From: Sideroxydans sp.
GTDB taxonomy: Bacteria; Pseudomonadota; Gammaproteobacteria; Burkholderiales; Gallionellaceae
NCBI GenBank assembly: GCA_041653255.1
Contig: JBAZFV010000001.1
Coordinates: 255 to 64,254 of the forward strand
Length of the DNA stretch: 64,000 nt
Direction of reading: 5' to 3'
Part shown: in pieces, positions 28,633 to 39,491 of the stretch
How the letters are laid out: every line of letters begins with the position of its first letter
Numbering within the stretch: position 1 is the first letter of the stretch
Notes under the pieces: generated by a model
Seen by the model: the letters and a program-made list of their open reading frames with translations, nothing else
What the model was told of the DNA's origin: nothing
Database searches by the model: none
Program-made: the position numbers and the translations under genes

Positions 28633-29976
28633 CTATCCCGCAATCGCCATGCGCCCGATCAACACCGAGCCGCAGCGGCGCGAACCTTGCGCCAGCACGT
28701 CGTTACCGAGGGCGACGATATCCATGTACATCTCTTTCAGATTTCCGGCGATGGTGATTTCTTCCACCGGATACTGTATCTCGCCGTGTTCCACCCAAAA
28801 GCCGGCCGCACCACGCGAATAGTCACCAGTCACCGCATTCACCCCGTGCCCGAGCAGTTCGGTCACCAGCAGGCCGCGTCCCATCTGGCGCAACAACCCG
28901 TCAAAGTCCAGGGTGCCGGGACGAATCAGCAGATTGTGCGTGCCGCCCGCGTTGCCGGTGCTGTGCAGCCCCAGTTTGCGCGCGCTGTAAGTGCCAAGGA
29001 AATAACCGCGCAACACACCGTTCTCGACGATGGTGCGATGTTGGGTGCGCACGCCTTCGTTATCGAATGGACTGCTGCCGAGACCGCGCACAATGTCGGG
29101 CACATCCTCCACTTGCACGAGGGGAGAGAACACCGGCTCATCCAGCCGGTCGAGCAGGAATGAAGATTTGCGATACAGGCTGCCACCGCTGACCGCGCCC
29201 ACAAAATGTCCGAACAGGCTGGTCGCCACCGGCGCCTCGAATAGCACCGGGCACTGCGTAGTCGGCAACTTGCGCGCCTTAAGGCGGCGCACGGTGCGCT
29301 CGGCGGCGATGCGCCCAATCTCTTCAACTTTAAGGATATCCGCCGGATGGCGCGCCGTGCTGTACCAGTAATCGCGCTGCATGGCATCGCCCTTGCCGGC
29401 AATCACGGCACAACCAACGCTGTGCCGTGACGAGGTATAACCACCATTGAAGCCAAGGCTGTTCGCCAGCACGAAACTGCCGCTGCCGACATTGACGCTG
29501 GCACCTTCGGAATTGACGATGCGCCGATCAGTAGCGAACGCGGCACGCTCACAGTCCCGCGCCAGTTCGACCGCCTGCGCCACATCGATCGGCCACGCGT
29601 GATGCAGATCCAGGTCCGGCCAGTCACGCGCCAGCAATGACTCTTCCGGCAAGCCGGCGCAATCATCTTCTGCCGTGAATCGCGCGATATTCAATGCCGC
29701 TTGCACCGCATCCTGCATCGCCTGGCGTGAGAAATCCGAGGTGCTGGCCTGACCACGGCGTTGCCCAAGATAGATGCTGACCCCCAAGCCCTTGTCACGG
29801 TTGTACTCGATCGTCTCGATCTCACCCTGGCGCACGCTGACGCTCTGCCCCAGCCCGGCTGATACTTCGGCGACGCTGGCCGATGCACCTTGTTTGCGCG
29901 CATAAGCAATGATGTCGGCCGCCATCTGGCGCAAAGAGTCCGGCGAGGTTGTGCTGCTTTTCACGGGCGTAGGCAT
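28633..29976 (-). CDS. pmbA: Metalloprotease subunit PmbA/TldE
   Basis: SVSVR.GEIE, GSLYRKSSFL, PFDNEG, TGDYSRGAAG. Confidence 0.93.
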   Translation of the reverse strand: MPTPVKSSTTSPDSLRQMAADIIAYARKQGASASVAEVSAGLGQSVSVRQGEIETIEYNRDKGLGVSIYLGQRRGQASTSDFSRQAMQDAVQAALNIARFTAEDDCAGLPEESLLARDWPDLDLHHAWPIDVAQAVELARDCERAAFATDRRIVNSEGASVNVGSGSFVLANSLGFNGGYTSSRHSVGCAVIAGKGDAMQRDYWYSTARHPADILKVEEIGRIAAERTVRRLKARKLPTTQCPVLFEAPVATSLFGHFVGAVSGGSLYRKSSFLLDRLDEPVFSPLVQVEDVPDIVRGLGSSPFDNEGVRTQHRTIVENGVLRGYFLGTYSARKLGLHSTGNAGGTHNLLIRPGTLDFDGLLRQMGRGLLVTELLGHGVNAVTGDYSRGAAGFWVEHGEIQYPVEEITIAGNLKEMYMDIVALGNDVLAQGSRRCGSVLIGRMAIAG

Positions 29977-30044
29977 AAAATTTTCAGTCGGGCAGATACG
30001 GCAGGGGCGCTATCATACCAACATCGCGACAGCCACCGACAACC

Positions 30045-30563
30045 ATGATCAACCGAACTGACACAACCGAAGACCTGGAGCAGGAACTGCCCCCCAGCAA
30101 GACCAAAGTCAAAAAACAGATGCACGACCTGCGCGATCTGGGCAAACAGCTGACGGAGTTATCCAAGGAAAAGTGGCGCGCACTGGATCTGCCGGAAAAT
30201 CTGCTGGAAGCACTGGCAGAGTACAAGCGCATCACCAAATTCGGCGCACAGAAACGCCAGATGCAATATATCGGCAAGCTGATGCGCGAGGTGGAGATCG
30301 ACCCCATCCTGGCCAAGCTTGATGCCTGGAACGGCACCTCGCGCGAGCACACCGCCTGGCTGCATCAGGTCGAACAGTGGCGCGACCGCCTGCTGGAAGA
30401 CAGCACCGCCCTGACCACCTTGCTGGCGCAATATCCGCAAGCCGACGCGCAACGTCTACGTGCGCTGATCCGCAATGCGCTGAAGGAAAAAGAGCTGGAG
30501 AAGCCGCCAAAATCTTATCGCGAGATATTCCAGCTATTGCGCGAGATCATTCCGGCACCATGA
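30045..30563 (+). CDS. yjgA: Ribosome biogenesis factor YjgA/DarP
   Basis: PSKT.VK..M, RQMQYIGKLMR, YREIFQ. Confidence 0.9.
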   Translation: MINRTDTTEDLEQELPPSKTKVKKQMHDLRDLGKQLTELSKEKWRALDLPENLLEALAEYKRITKFGAQKRQMQYIGKLMREVEIDPILAKLDAWNGTSREHTAWLHQVEQWRDRLLEDSTALTTLLAQYPQADAQRLRALIRNALKEKELEKPPKSYREIFQLLREIIPAP

Positions 30564-31231
30564 GCGAACTCCTGCCCCGCATCATCATGGACTGCGGTGA
30601 TGCGCCGCACTTCAGCGTCATCTGGCTGCACGGGCTGGGTGCCAGCGGCGAAGATTTCGTACCCGTCGCACAGGAGTTGCATTTGCCGCAGGCGGTACGC
30701 TTCATCTTTCCGCACGCACCGCAACGCCCGGTCACAATCAACGGTGGCTATGTGATGGCCGCCTGGTACGACATCAGCAGCAGCGAGATCGATGCAGCAC
30801 AGGATGCCGCCGGCATTGCCGCATCCCGCCATGAAATTGAAAAACTGATCGCTAACGAAGTCACGAATGGCATCTCCCCGGCACGGATATTTGTTGCAGG
30901 ATTCTCACAGGGCGGCGCCGTTGCATTGCACACCGGCTTGCATGCGCACGCGAAGCTTGGCGGAATTATGGCGCTTTCCACCTATCTGCCACTGGCGGAC
31001 ACCACACACACCGCCGATATCAGCCACGCGCTGGACACCCCGATATTCATGGCGCACGGCCTGCAGGATCCGGTCGTCCCCTACGCCTTGGGCAGGCAGT
31101 CCGCCGAATATCTGCAGCAACTGGGTTGCTCGGTGAGCTGGCATGAATACGCGATGCCGCACAGCGTGTGCATGGAAGAAATCCGGGATATCGAGTGCTG
31201 GCTGGCACAGCAAATGCGGGCTGCAGCTTAA
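30560..31231 (+). CDS. Carboxylesterase (alpha/beta hydrolase)
   Basis: WLHGLGA, AWYD, GFSQG, HG..DPVVP, HSV. Confidence 0.92.
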   Translation: MSELLPRIIMDCGDAPHFSVIWLHGLGASGEDFVPVAQELHLPQAVRFIFPHAPQRPVTINGGYVMAAWYDISSSEIDAAQDAAGIAASRHEIEKLIANEVTNGISPARIFVAGFSQGGAVALHTGLHAHAKLGGIMALSTYLPLADTTHTADISHALDTPIFMAHGLQDPVVPYALGRQSAEYLQQLGCSVSWHEYAMPHSVCMEEIRDIECWLAQQMRAAA

Positions 31232-32757
31232 TCTTCGCTCTGAGTGTCCGGCGCCATCATGCGATAGCGCGCCAAGTCATAATCTTCGCCCTGCTCGACC
31301 AGCGCCAGCGGCAACAACAGATACTCCTTGTCACCCAGTTGCATTTTCAGGCTGCGGGCAAGCACGAACGCATCCTGCTTCATCAACAGCCATGCCTCGC
31401 CGCTGCTGTCATTCGGGCGGTTGAGATACATGCCAATCTGTACAGAGGCATCGTCAGGGTTGGCATAGTCGAGCAACGGCACACCGACAATACGCGGGCT
31501 CAACAGCTCGATTCCAACATGAAGATTGCCTTCGAGATCGCGGCTCAAACGCCGCACCACTCCCGCGCCCCAATGTGAAACACCGGCAGGCTGGCTACCC
31601 AGAAGCGAACCCACACGAACGTCATTTACGTGCGCGGCAGGGATTACGCTGCGAAAACCGGTAGCGCTGATATCTTCGATCTCCCACAACTCGCTTTCTT
31701 CCGCCCCGAAACTCAAGCCGACATCGGAGCGTTCCAGCATCTTGCTGAAGCCGTTGGCCACCTTCAGGTTGACCTTGATCTTGCGTCGCGGGTTGCGCCG
31801 CGTCGGCGGCGGCAACGTGAGACTTTGCAACAAGCGCTGTGCAATATCACGCACCAGCTCCACATCATATTTCGCCCCGTAAAAATTCAACCCCTCGGGA
31901 AGAATGCCCTTGTCCATGGTTTTCACCAGGCCAGCCAACTGCTGGCGCAACCTGTCCGCCGCCACAAAACGCAACGCGGGATGGATGGTCGCCCCCGCCG
32001 TGGCCCGCATGGGCGGCGTCGGCTGTGCCAGATCGAACGCGAACAACCCCGCCCCATCATAGGTGCTGGAAACGGCGATGCCACCACCCAATGCGGAAAA
32101 CAAACGTTCCGCAATGTGTTCCTGCAGCGGGCTCAAACTGCCCGCGCTGCTGCCGTACCAGATGACCAGAACGGCAAAAGACTCCGAAACACTGGTGTTA
32201 GTGCCCACATACAACGTGAGCGGAGTGTTCAAACAATCATTCTCTTCAGCCAGCAGGTAATAATCCGCCAGCCGCCGCCACAATGTCGGGTCGACCATGG
32301 TGTAGCGGGCAGCGGCCAGTTTCAACTGGCCGGTGATCGCATGAATGCCGCGCGCGCACAACAATGGAATATCTTCCTTGATCGATGCCGCCCCTTTCGC
32401 ACCGGCACGATAACGCGTCAGCACATCAAAATGGCATAAATCACTATGCGAGTAATAGTCTTCCAGCAACGTCCACAGGCGATTCTCCTGGAATTGAGAG
32501 GCCGGTTGCGGCGCAAAGTAATCGTGCAGCAATTTGCGCACATGCGCCTGTGCCGCCTGGTCGTACAGGCGCAACACCGCCCATTGGTGGTCGAGGCGAA
32601 AATTTCCCGCCTGTTCGCGAATCGCCTCTACCCAGCCACTGATTTCCTGCAAAGCCTTGAGAGAATCGCCCTTCGGAATTTCATCCAGCAACGCTTGTGC
32701 GGATTTCATTTCCGCCAAGGGATGATCCGATTTCTTGCCAAACAGCCCCAGAACCAC
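31228..32757 (-). CDS. Hypothetical protein with a C-terminal PilZ-like domain
   Basis: 509 aa; RRNPRR (RxxxR) followed by DISATG (D/NxSxxG). Confidence 0.7.
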   Translation of the reverse strand: MVLGLFGKKSDHPLAEMKSAQALLDEIPKGDSLKALQEISGWVEAIREQAGNFRLDHQWAVLRLYDQAAQAHVRKLLHDYFAPQPASQFQENRLWTLLEDYYSHSDLCHFDVLTRYRAGAKGAASIKEDIPLLCARGIHAITGQLKLAAARYTMVDPTLWRRLADYYLLAEENDCLNTPLTLYVGTNTSVSESFAVLVIWYGSSAGSLSPLQEHIAERLFSALGGGIAVSSTYDGAGLFAFDLAQPTPPMRATAGATIHPALRFVAADRLRQQLAGLVKTMDKGILPEGLNFYGAKYDVELVRDIAQRLLQSLTLPPPTRRNPRRKIKVNLKVANGFSKMLERSDVGLSFGAEESELWEIEDISATGFRSVIPAAHVNDVRVGSLLGSQPAGVSHWGAGVVRRLSRDLEGNLHVGIELLSPRIVGVPLLDYANPDDASVQIGMYLNRPNDSSGEAWLLMKQDAFVLARSLKMQLGDKEYLLLPLALVEQGEDYDLARYRMMAPDTQSED

Positions 32758-32922
32758 GATTGCCTCCCAGCCGAATATTTTTTGTCAGGTGCAATATAAG
32801 CACAGTTCGCCTTCGCTGCCTATATGCCAAAGGGCCTAATACCCCGTCCGTATCTCCCGCTATCCGGGATGATGCGCGATCAGGATTGAACCCGGCCGCC
32901 ATGCAACGTATTCTCACCCGCC

Positions 32923-33600
32923 ATGCCCTTTCCACCCGTCGAACAAGCACTGCTTCATCCCAACGGCCTGCTCGCTGTTGGTGGCGATTTGTCACCGGCG
33001 CGCCTGCTGGCCGCTTACCGGCGCGGCATCTTCCCCTGGTTCAGCCCCGGCGACCCCGTCCTGTGGTGGAGTCCAGACCCGCGCACGGTGCTGTTCCCGG
33101 CGGAGTTCGCCTGCTCACACTCGCTGAAGAAGACCCTGCGCAAAGGCCACTACGAAATTTGCACCGACAGCGCATTCGAACAAGTCATGCGCGCCTGTGC
33201 CGCACCACGCCATGGACACGGTGGCACATGGATTGTCGAGGAGATGATCGCCGCCTATGCAGCGTTGCATCATCTGGGCCACGCCCATTCGGTTGAAGTG
33301 TGGATGGATGGCAAACTGGCAGGCGGTTTGTACGGGGTCGCCATCGGCGCGATGTTCTACGGCGAATCGATGTTCAGCCACCGGCGCGATGCATCCAAGA
33401 TCGCTCTCGCTCACCTCGCCGCGCAGTGGCAGCGCTGGCATGGCGCGCAAGGCCTGATCGACTGCCAGATGCACACCCCGCACCTGGCCTCGCTCGGTGC
33501 ACGCGAAATTCCGCGCACGGAATTCGTCGCTCATGTACAGGAATTGATAAACTGCGTACCCGCAACCGACTTTCGCTTCGATTCCAATTTATTCCGATGA
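32923..33600 (+). CDS. aat: Leu/Phe-tRNA protein transferase
   Basis: GGDLS, GIFPW, WWSPDPR, GESMF, ASK, IDCQ; exact start uncertain. Confidence 0.93.
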   Translation: MPFPPVEQALLHPNGLLAVGGDLSPARLLAAYRRGIFPWFSPGDPVLWWSPDPRTVLFPAEFACSHSLKKTLRKGHYEICTDSAFEQVMRACAAPRHGHGGTWIVEEMIAAYAALHHLGHAHSVEVWMDGKLAGGLYGVAIGAMFYGESMFSHRRDASKIALAHLAAQWQRWHGAQGLIDCQMHTPHLASLGAREIPRTEFVAHVQELINCVPATDFRFDSNLFR

Positions 33601-34337
33601 GCCTGCTCAACGACATCCCGCTCTCCACGCTCCAGCTTTACCTGACTGCACCCTACCCGTGCAGTTACCTGCCGCAGCAGGAGGCGCGGTCGCAGGTCGC
33701 CACACCCGCCTTCCTGATCACGCCCAAGGTATATACCGAGCTGGTGCACCACGGCTTCCGCCGCAGCGGCAGTTTCACTTACCGTCCGCGCTGCGGCAGT
33801 TGCCAACAGTGCGTACCTGTGCGTGTCATGGTGGATGAATTCCGCCCCTCGCGCGCGCAGCGCCGCAGCTGGAAACGGCATCATGCATTGCGTGTCGAGA
33901 TTCTTCCTTTGCAGGACAAGGCAGAGTACTTTGCGCTGTACGAACGCTACCAACGGACCCGCCACAGTAATGGCAGCATGGCCGAGAACACACCGGAGCA
34001 GTACCGCAATTTCCTGCTGCAGAGTCATGTCGACAGCCTGCTGGTGGAGTTTCGGGAGCACGGCGAATTGCGCATGGTAAGCGTGGTGGATGTGCTGGGG
34101 GATGGCTTGTCTGCGGTCTACACCTTTTACGACCCGGACATCGCACAAACCAGCTTTGGCATCTTCAGCGTGTTATGGCAGATCGAGCTGTGCCGGAAAT
34201 TACAACTGCCTTATCTGTATCTGGGCTACTGGATCCGCGCCTCGCACAAAATGTCATACAAGATAAACTTCCCTCCCTTGCAGGGTTTGCGCAACGGCGA
34301 GTGGGCGCGCTTAACCAAAGAGGAAACAGAATGTTGA
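33597..34337 (+). CDS. bpt: Bpt/Ate-family aminoacyl-protein transferase
   Basis: [33 protein letters not shown]. Confidence 0.88.
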   Translation: MSLLNDIPLSTLQLYLTAPYPCSYLPQQEARSQVATPAFLITPKVYTELVHHGFRRSGSFTYRPRCGSCQQCVPVRVMVDEFRPSRAQRRSWKRHHALRVEILPLQDKAEYFALYERYQRTRHSNGSMAENTPEQYRNFLLQSHVDSLLVEFREHGELRMVSVVDVLGDGLSAVYTFYDPDIAQTSFGIFSVLWQIELCRKLQLPYLYLGYWIRASHKMSYKINFPPLQGLRNGEWARLTKEETEC

Positions 34338-35203
34338 TGCGCCTGGCACTATTTGTTTGCAGCCTGCTCTTGTTGCCCCTGCTGGCGCGTTGGCTGGCCG
34401 ATGCTCTGCCTGAATGGACTACATTCCCCCTCGTGCCATTGGCGCCACTGGCACTGGCACTGGTTGCCGCGTTCATCATGCTGTGGCTTGCCGACTGGTG
34501 GCAGGGGCGACACGGCGGGCACAGTCTGCTGCGCCTGCAACGCAATTATTTTCTGGCCGTCGCGGTGGCGAGTGCATTGCTGGGCTGGTTGCTCGCCTGG
34601 CTCAACCTGTTCGCCGAAAGCTGGCTGCTGCCGGGCTCTCACGATTTCACCAGCGGTCTGCTGCAAACCATGTTATTTGCGCTGCTCGCTCCACTTGTGC
34701 TGCTGCTGCGCACCGCCTTCGCGGCGCAGGCAGGCTTGCTTAAATTCCTGGCCGGCATGACCACGCTGCAATGGGTTACGCGTCACACTGCCGCCCACGC
34801 TCTGCTGCCGCTGGCGCTGTTGGGTCTGACCCTTGGTAGCGTCTGGCCTGAATACGGATTCTGGCTGCTATGGCTGGCGCCGCTGATATTGCTCGTTGCG
34901 CTGCAATTGTTGTGGCACGAGAGCACCGTGTTCGACGGGGTCACGCGCGGCGACTGGGGGCGCGTGATCGGCGCCGTCTTGTCCGGGCTGGCTGTCGGCA
35001 ATCTGCTGTGGCTCACTTTCAAACTCGGCGGCGGCACGCTCATCGTGCAGTTGCCGAATGCCGGTTTCACCCAGCTCGGTTATGCGCTGCTCGGCCTGCT
35101 CTGCCTGCAACTGGGCGACATCATCGCCGAATTCTGGCGCGGCAAACAGCGCGGCGAAGTCTTCAAGCGCAAACCCTTCCCCATTCCCGTCATCAAGAAA
35201 TGA
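34331..35203 (+). CDS. Multi-pass membrane protein of unknown function
   Basis: Many hydrophobic segments; overlaps the bpt stop and pyrD start; GAGG RBS. Confidence 0.75.
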   Translation: MLMRLALFVCSLLLLPLLARWLADALPEWTTFPLVPLAPLALALVAAFIMLWLADWWQGRHGGHSLLRLQRNYFLAVAVASALLGWLLAWLNLFAESWLLPGSHDFTSGLLQTMLFALLAPLVLLLRTAFAAQAGLLKFLAGMTTLQWVTRHTAAHALLPLALLGLTLGSVWPEYGFWLLWLAPLILLVALQLLWHESTVFDGVTRGDWGRVIGAVLSGLAVGNLLWLTFKLGGGTLIVQLPNAGFTQLGYALLGLLCLQLGDIIAEFWRGKQRGEVFKRKPFPIPVIKK

Positions 35204-36219
35204 ACCCCTATAACCTGTTCCGCCCCGCCCTGTTCTCGCTCGATCCGGAAACCGCGCACGACGCCACTCTGACCTCGCTCAACACGGCGCACTGCCTCGG
35301 CCTGTCGCGCCTAATCCCGCAGCCCGCAGCCGATCCGCGCACAGTGATGGGCATCACATTTCCCAACCCGGTCGGGCTCGCCGCCGGACTGGACAAGAAC
35401 GGCGAATGCATCAACGGCCTCGCCGCACTCGGCTTCGGTTTCATCGAGATCGGCACCGTCACCCCGCGCCCGCAACCCGGCAACCCGCGCCCGCGGCTGT
35501 TCCGCATCCCCGAAGCACAGGGCATCATCAACCGCATGGGGTTCAACAACGGCGGCGTGGATGCGCTGATCGAGAACGTCAGGCGTGCCAAATTCACCGG
35601 CGTACTCGGAATCAACATCGGCAAAAACGCCAACACACCGATTGAAAAAGCCGCCGACGATTACCTCATCGGCCTGCGCAAAGTCTATGCGCACGCCAGC
35701 TACGTCGCCATCAACATCTCTTCACCCAACACCCAGAATCTGCGTCAACTGCAAGGCGGCGAAGAACTCGACGCATTGCTGGCACAACTAAAAACCGAAC
35801 AGGAAAAACTGGCGCAGCAGCATGGCAAATACGTGCCGCTGGCGGTGAAGATCGCGCCCGACCTCGACCCAGATCAAATCAAACAAATTGCCGCTCTGCT
35901 CATTCAGCATCACATCGACGGCGTCATCGCCACCAACACCACCTTGTCGCGCGAAGGCGTGGAAAACCTCCCGCACGGCAACGAGACCGGCGGCCTGAGC
36001 GGTGCGCCGGTGCGCGAGAAATCCACCCGCATCATCCGCGCCCTCGCGACAGAACTGCAAGGGGCGGTGCCCATCATCGGCGTGGGCGGAATTTTGAAAG
36101 GTGCGGATGCGCTGGAAAAAATGCAGGCCGGCGCAGCGCTGGTGCAGATGTACAGCGGCTTGATCTATCGCGGCCAGGCGCTGGTGAAGGAATGCGCGGC
36201 GGCCATCCGAACCCCGTAG
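35200..36219 (+). CDS. pyrD: Dihydroorotate dehydrogenase (quinone)
   Basis: [32 protein letters not shown]. Confidence 0.96.
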   Translation: MNPYNLFRPALFSLDPETAHDATLTSLNTAHCLGLSRLIPQPAADPRTVMGITFPNPVGLAAGLDKNGECINGLAALGFGFIEIGTVTPRPQPGNPRPRLFRIPEAQGIINRMGFNNGGVDALIENVRRAKFTGVLGINIGKNANTPIEKAADDYLIGLRKVYAHASYVAINISSPNTQNLRQLQGGEELDALLAQLKTEQEKLAQQHGKYVPLAVKIAPDLDPDQIKQIAALLIQHHIDGVIATNTTLSREGVENLPHGNETGGLSGAPVREKSTRIIRALATELQGAVPIIGVGGILKGADALEKMQAGAALVQMYSGLIYRGQALVKECAAAIRTP

Positions 36220-36304
36220 GAGCGTGATCTGGTGGGTAGGCATCCACGTTGAGGGAGGACCCGGCGGGCTTTGACCAGTGCAGGCGGCGGCTTGTACGGG
36301 GCAG

Positions 36305-38221
36305 CTAGGAATTGAATACGGTGCGATTCCGTCCCTGCGTCTTGGCTGCATACAAGCTGCCATCGGCGCGGTTGACCAGTTCATTTATTTCGTTCATGGC
36401 ACGCTCTTTCTGTGCCACGCCGATGCTGATCGTGAGCGGCAGATAGTGGCCGCCCGCAACCGGCACGCGCAGTGATTCCACTGCAATGCGCATGCGTTCT
36501 GCCGCCTGATAGGCCGCTTCCATCCCGCTGTCCGGACAGATCACCAGAAATTCCTCGCCGCCGTAACGGCACACCACATCCTGCACCCGCGCTGTTTTGC
36601 GCAGGATATCGGCAACCTGTTGCAGCGCCACATCTCCCAATTGGTGGCCGAAGCGGTCGTTGATGGATTTAAAGTGATCGATGTCCAGCATCATGCAGGA
36701 CAGGGCGCGATCGCCACGCCGCGCAAGCGCCCATTCCTGCGCCAGCCGCTCCATGGCAAAACGGCGGTTGGGGAGATCAGTCAGGGCATCGGTCAACGCC
36801 TGCTGTTGCAGGCGTTCGTTCGCAGCGGACAGTTCATTCGAGAAACGCACCAATTGCTCCCGCTCGAATGCCAGCTCCTCCTGCAACTGCACCACCCGTT
36901 GCGCCGCGCACAGACGGGCAAAAAATAGTTTGGGCACAAGCGGTTTGAGCAGGTAATCATCCACGCCCGCATCAAAGGCTTCCACCAGTTTATCCGGTGT
37001 AGTCTCGGTCGTTACCGCGATCAGATACGTATCACGATGTCGCGGCAAGCGGCGCAGCTCACGACTCAACGCAATGCCGTCCATGCGCGGCATATGCCAA
37101 TCGGTAAGCACCACTTGAGGCAGATGTAGTTCAGCCATTTTCAGTGCCGCCATTCCGTCTTCTGCCACGCTGACACGATGGCCGGCTGCACTCAACCATT
37201 GCTCCAGCAGATTGCGGATGGCGCTGTCATCCTCGACCACCAGCACCCGCATCTTGTAATCATGCACGCCCGGCGCATACGGCAAAGTGTCACCGGTAGC
37301 TATCGGCGTTTCCTGCGCGGCGAACAAGAGAGACAGTTCCGGCAGATGCAGACGGCCGATACCGAGCAACTCGGACCACTCTTGCGCCTCGTGTGCACAG
37401 CTCGCCGCCAGTTTCAGCAACTCGCTTTCCTCGATAGCCAACCCTGCTGCGGCGCATTGCGCCGCAGCGACCGGGCATGACCGGGTATCATTGCCGGCCA
37501 GCCATACATCGGCCAGCAACCCGGCGAGATTGAGGGTATGCAGCAACCGCCATTCGCGCGTGCCTTCCGCCATCCCGCTTGTTTGTGGCGTTCGGTAGTT
37601 GCGCGCCAATACCTGAAACAGCACGGGAAAACGCATATCTTCCAGAAGTGCAGCTGTGATTTCGGTGTGATCGAAGCCGAATTGCGCATGCTCCATTTCG
37701 CGCAGACGGTCTTCCGTTTCGTGCTGCCGCAGCATGTCGCAAAACGCCTGCGGATAGACGGTCGCCAGCGCCAGTTGGCCGATTTGCCCGAGCAACCCCA
37801 GCACAAACACCTCTTCCGGCGCCATCAGCTTGGCTTGTTGCGCCAGTTGCCGTGCGGCGAGTGCGGTCAGCAGCGAGTGTTGCCAGAAACGAATGTAATC
37901 AAAATTGACACAGGGGCCATGGCGGTAGTCGGCGATTAGGGCGATGCCCAGCACCAGTTGACGCAGCGCGCGCAAACCCAACACCGTAACAGCATCATGA
38001 ATCGTCACCACCGGACGCGACACATGGCCGAGCAAGGCATTGGCCGCCTTGACCACGCGCTGGCTCAAGGCCGGATCGACACCGATCAACCGCACCAGAT
38101 CGTGATTGGAAACGCCGTCCTGCTGGGATAGTTCGATGACCTGCAAAGCCACGCCCTTGGGGGTAGGCAACTGACCGCCGATTTTCAGTTTGTCGAGGAT
38201 TTGCTGTGAGGTAAGTGGCAC
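36305..38221 (-). CDS. HDOD-REC-GGDEF diguanylate cyclase
   Basis: HDOD N-terminus (LPTP, DPALS, FW.HS), REC (VVEDD, D..MP, KP), RVQD plus GGEEF. Confidence 0.88.
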   Translation of the reverse strand: MPLTSQQILDKLKIGGQLPTPKGVALQVIELSQQDGVSNHDLVRLIGVDPALSQRVVKAANALLGHVSRPVVTIHDAVTVLGLRALRQLVLGIALIADYRHGPCVNFDYIRFWQHSLLTALAARQLAQQAKLMAPEEVFVLGLLGQIGQLALATVYPQAFCDMLRQHETEDRLREMEHAQFGFDHTEITAALLEDMRFPVLFQVLARNYRTPQTSGMAEGTREWRLLHTLNLAGLLADVWLAGNDTRSCPVAAAQCAAAGLAIEESELLKLAASCAHEAQEWSELLGIGRLHLPELSLLFAAQETPIATGDTLPYAPGVHDYKMRVLVVEDDSAIRNLLEQWLSAAGHRVSVAEDGMAALKMAELHLPQVVLTDWHMPRMDGIALSRELRRLPRHRDTYLIAVTTETTPDKLVEAFDAGVDDYLLKPLVPKLFFARLCAAQRVVQLQEELAFEREQLVRFSNELSAANERLQQQALTDALTDLPNRRFAMERLAQEWALARRGDRALSCMMLDIDHFKSINDRFGHQLGDVALQQVADILRKTARVQDVVCRYGGEEFLVICPDSGMEAAYQAAERMRIAVESLRVPVAGGHYLPLTISIGVAQKERAMNEINELVNRADGSLYAAKTQGRNRTVFNS

Positions 38222-38301
38222 TTGGTTCTTCCTTTTTGCTTGAATCTAACACAGACCGTCCATGATCCCACCCCGGTTATATGGATATAGCCCGGCCGTG
38301 G

Positions 38302-38330
38302 TTGAAGCACCTCCTGAACGGGCGCATAAT
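38302..38330 (+). promoter_or_regulatory. sigma70 promoter of the rnf operon
   Basis: TTGAAG, 17 nt, CATAAT. Confidence 0.6.
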
Positions 38331-38370
38331 CCGCCCCTCTTTTTTCGCGCTCCGGCGGCACATTTCTTCA

Positions 38371-38946
38371 ATGTCAGAATACTTCCTGATCGTGATCGGC
38401 ACGGTGTTCGTCAACAACATCGTGATGGTCAAGATTCTCGGGCTGTGCCCGTTCATGGGCGTTTCCAGAAAACTGGAAACGTCGTTGAGCATGGGTGCGG
38501 CCACCACTTTCGTATTGACCATTGCCTCCGGCTCCAGCTATCTGATCAACCATTACCTGCTCGGCCCGGATCTGGCCTATCTCACCACTCTTTCTTTCAT
38601 CGTGGTGATCGCCGCCATCGTGCAATTCACCGAGATGGTAATAAAAAAAACCAGCCCTGTGTTGTATCAGGTGCTCGGCATCTATCTGCCGCTGATCACC
38701 ACCAATTGCGCGGTGCTCGGCATTCCCCTGCTCAATGTGCAGGCCAAACATGATTTCATCGAGTCGCTGCTGTTTGGTTTCGGCGGCGCCATCGGATTCA
38801 CGCTGGTGATGGTGCTGTTCGCCGGCATGCGCGAGCGGCTTGAAGGGGCGGATGTGCCGGTCATCTTTCGCGGCACCGCCATCGCCATGGTCACTGCGGG
38901 GTTGATGAGTCTGGCATTCATGGGTTTCTCGGGTCTGGTGAAATGA
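38371..38946 (+). CDS. rnfA: Rnf/Rsx subunit A
   Basis: [22 protein letters not shown]. Confidence 0.95.
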   Translation: MSEYFLIVIGTVFVNNIVMVKILGLCPFMGVSRKLETSLSMGAATTFVLTIASGSSYLINHYLLGPDLAYLTTLSFIVVIAAIVQFTEMVIKKTSPVLYQVLGIYLPLITTNCAVLGIPLLNVQAKHDFIESLLFGFGGAIGFTLVMVLFAGMRERLEGADVPVIFRGTAIAMVTAGLMSLAFMGFSGLVK

Positions 38947-39491
38947 TCACCGCATTGTGGGTGATGATCGCCATCGCGGTCGTACTTGGCGTTGTGCTCG
39001 GCTATGCGGCGATCCGCTTCCGCGTCGAGGGAAATCCACTGGTCGAGAAGATCGACGCGGTGTTGCCGCAAACCCAGTGCGGCCAATGCGGTTATCCCGG
39101 CTGCAAGCCCTACGCCGAAGCTATCGCCAAGGGTGAAGCAGATATCAATCTGTGTCCGCCGGGAGGCGAGGAAGGCATCCACAAGCTGGCTGAGCTGCTC
39201 GGTGTCGAGCCGAAACCATTTGGTGCGGACAGGCAGCCCCGGGCCAAGGCGGTCGCCTTCATCGACGAAAAAGACTGCATCGGCTGCACCCTGTGCATTC
39301 AGGCATGCCCGGTCGATGCCATCGCCGGTGCGGCAAAACAGATGCACACCATCATCGCTGCCGAATGCACCGGTTGCGAGTTGTGTGTCGCGCCCTGCCC
39401 GGTGGATTGCATCAGCATGCAGCCGCTCCCGGAAAGGCCGAACACCTGGAAATGGAAATATCCGGTTATTCTCCTGAGGCCGCAGAAATGA
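38943..39491 (+). CDS. rnfB: Rnf/Rsx subunit B
   Basis: [14 protein letters not shown] and two 4Fe-4S motifs. Confidence 0.95.
   Translation: MITALWVMIAIAVVLGVVLGYAAIRFRVEGNPLVEKIDAVLPQTQCGQCGYPGCKPYAEAIAKGEADINLCPPGGEEGIHKLAELLGVEPKPFGADRQPRAKAVAFIDEKDCIGCTLCIQACPVDAIAGAAKQMHTIIAAECTGCELCVAPCPVDCISMQPLPERPNTWKWKYPVILLRPQK

Noticed and set aside
26893-29163. Long antisense ORFs (429 aa and 326 aa here, similar ones opposite maeB, ilvC, pepA and valS)
   Set aside because: Expected shadows of GC-rich, codon-biased genes; no motifs.
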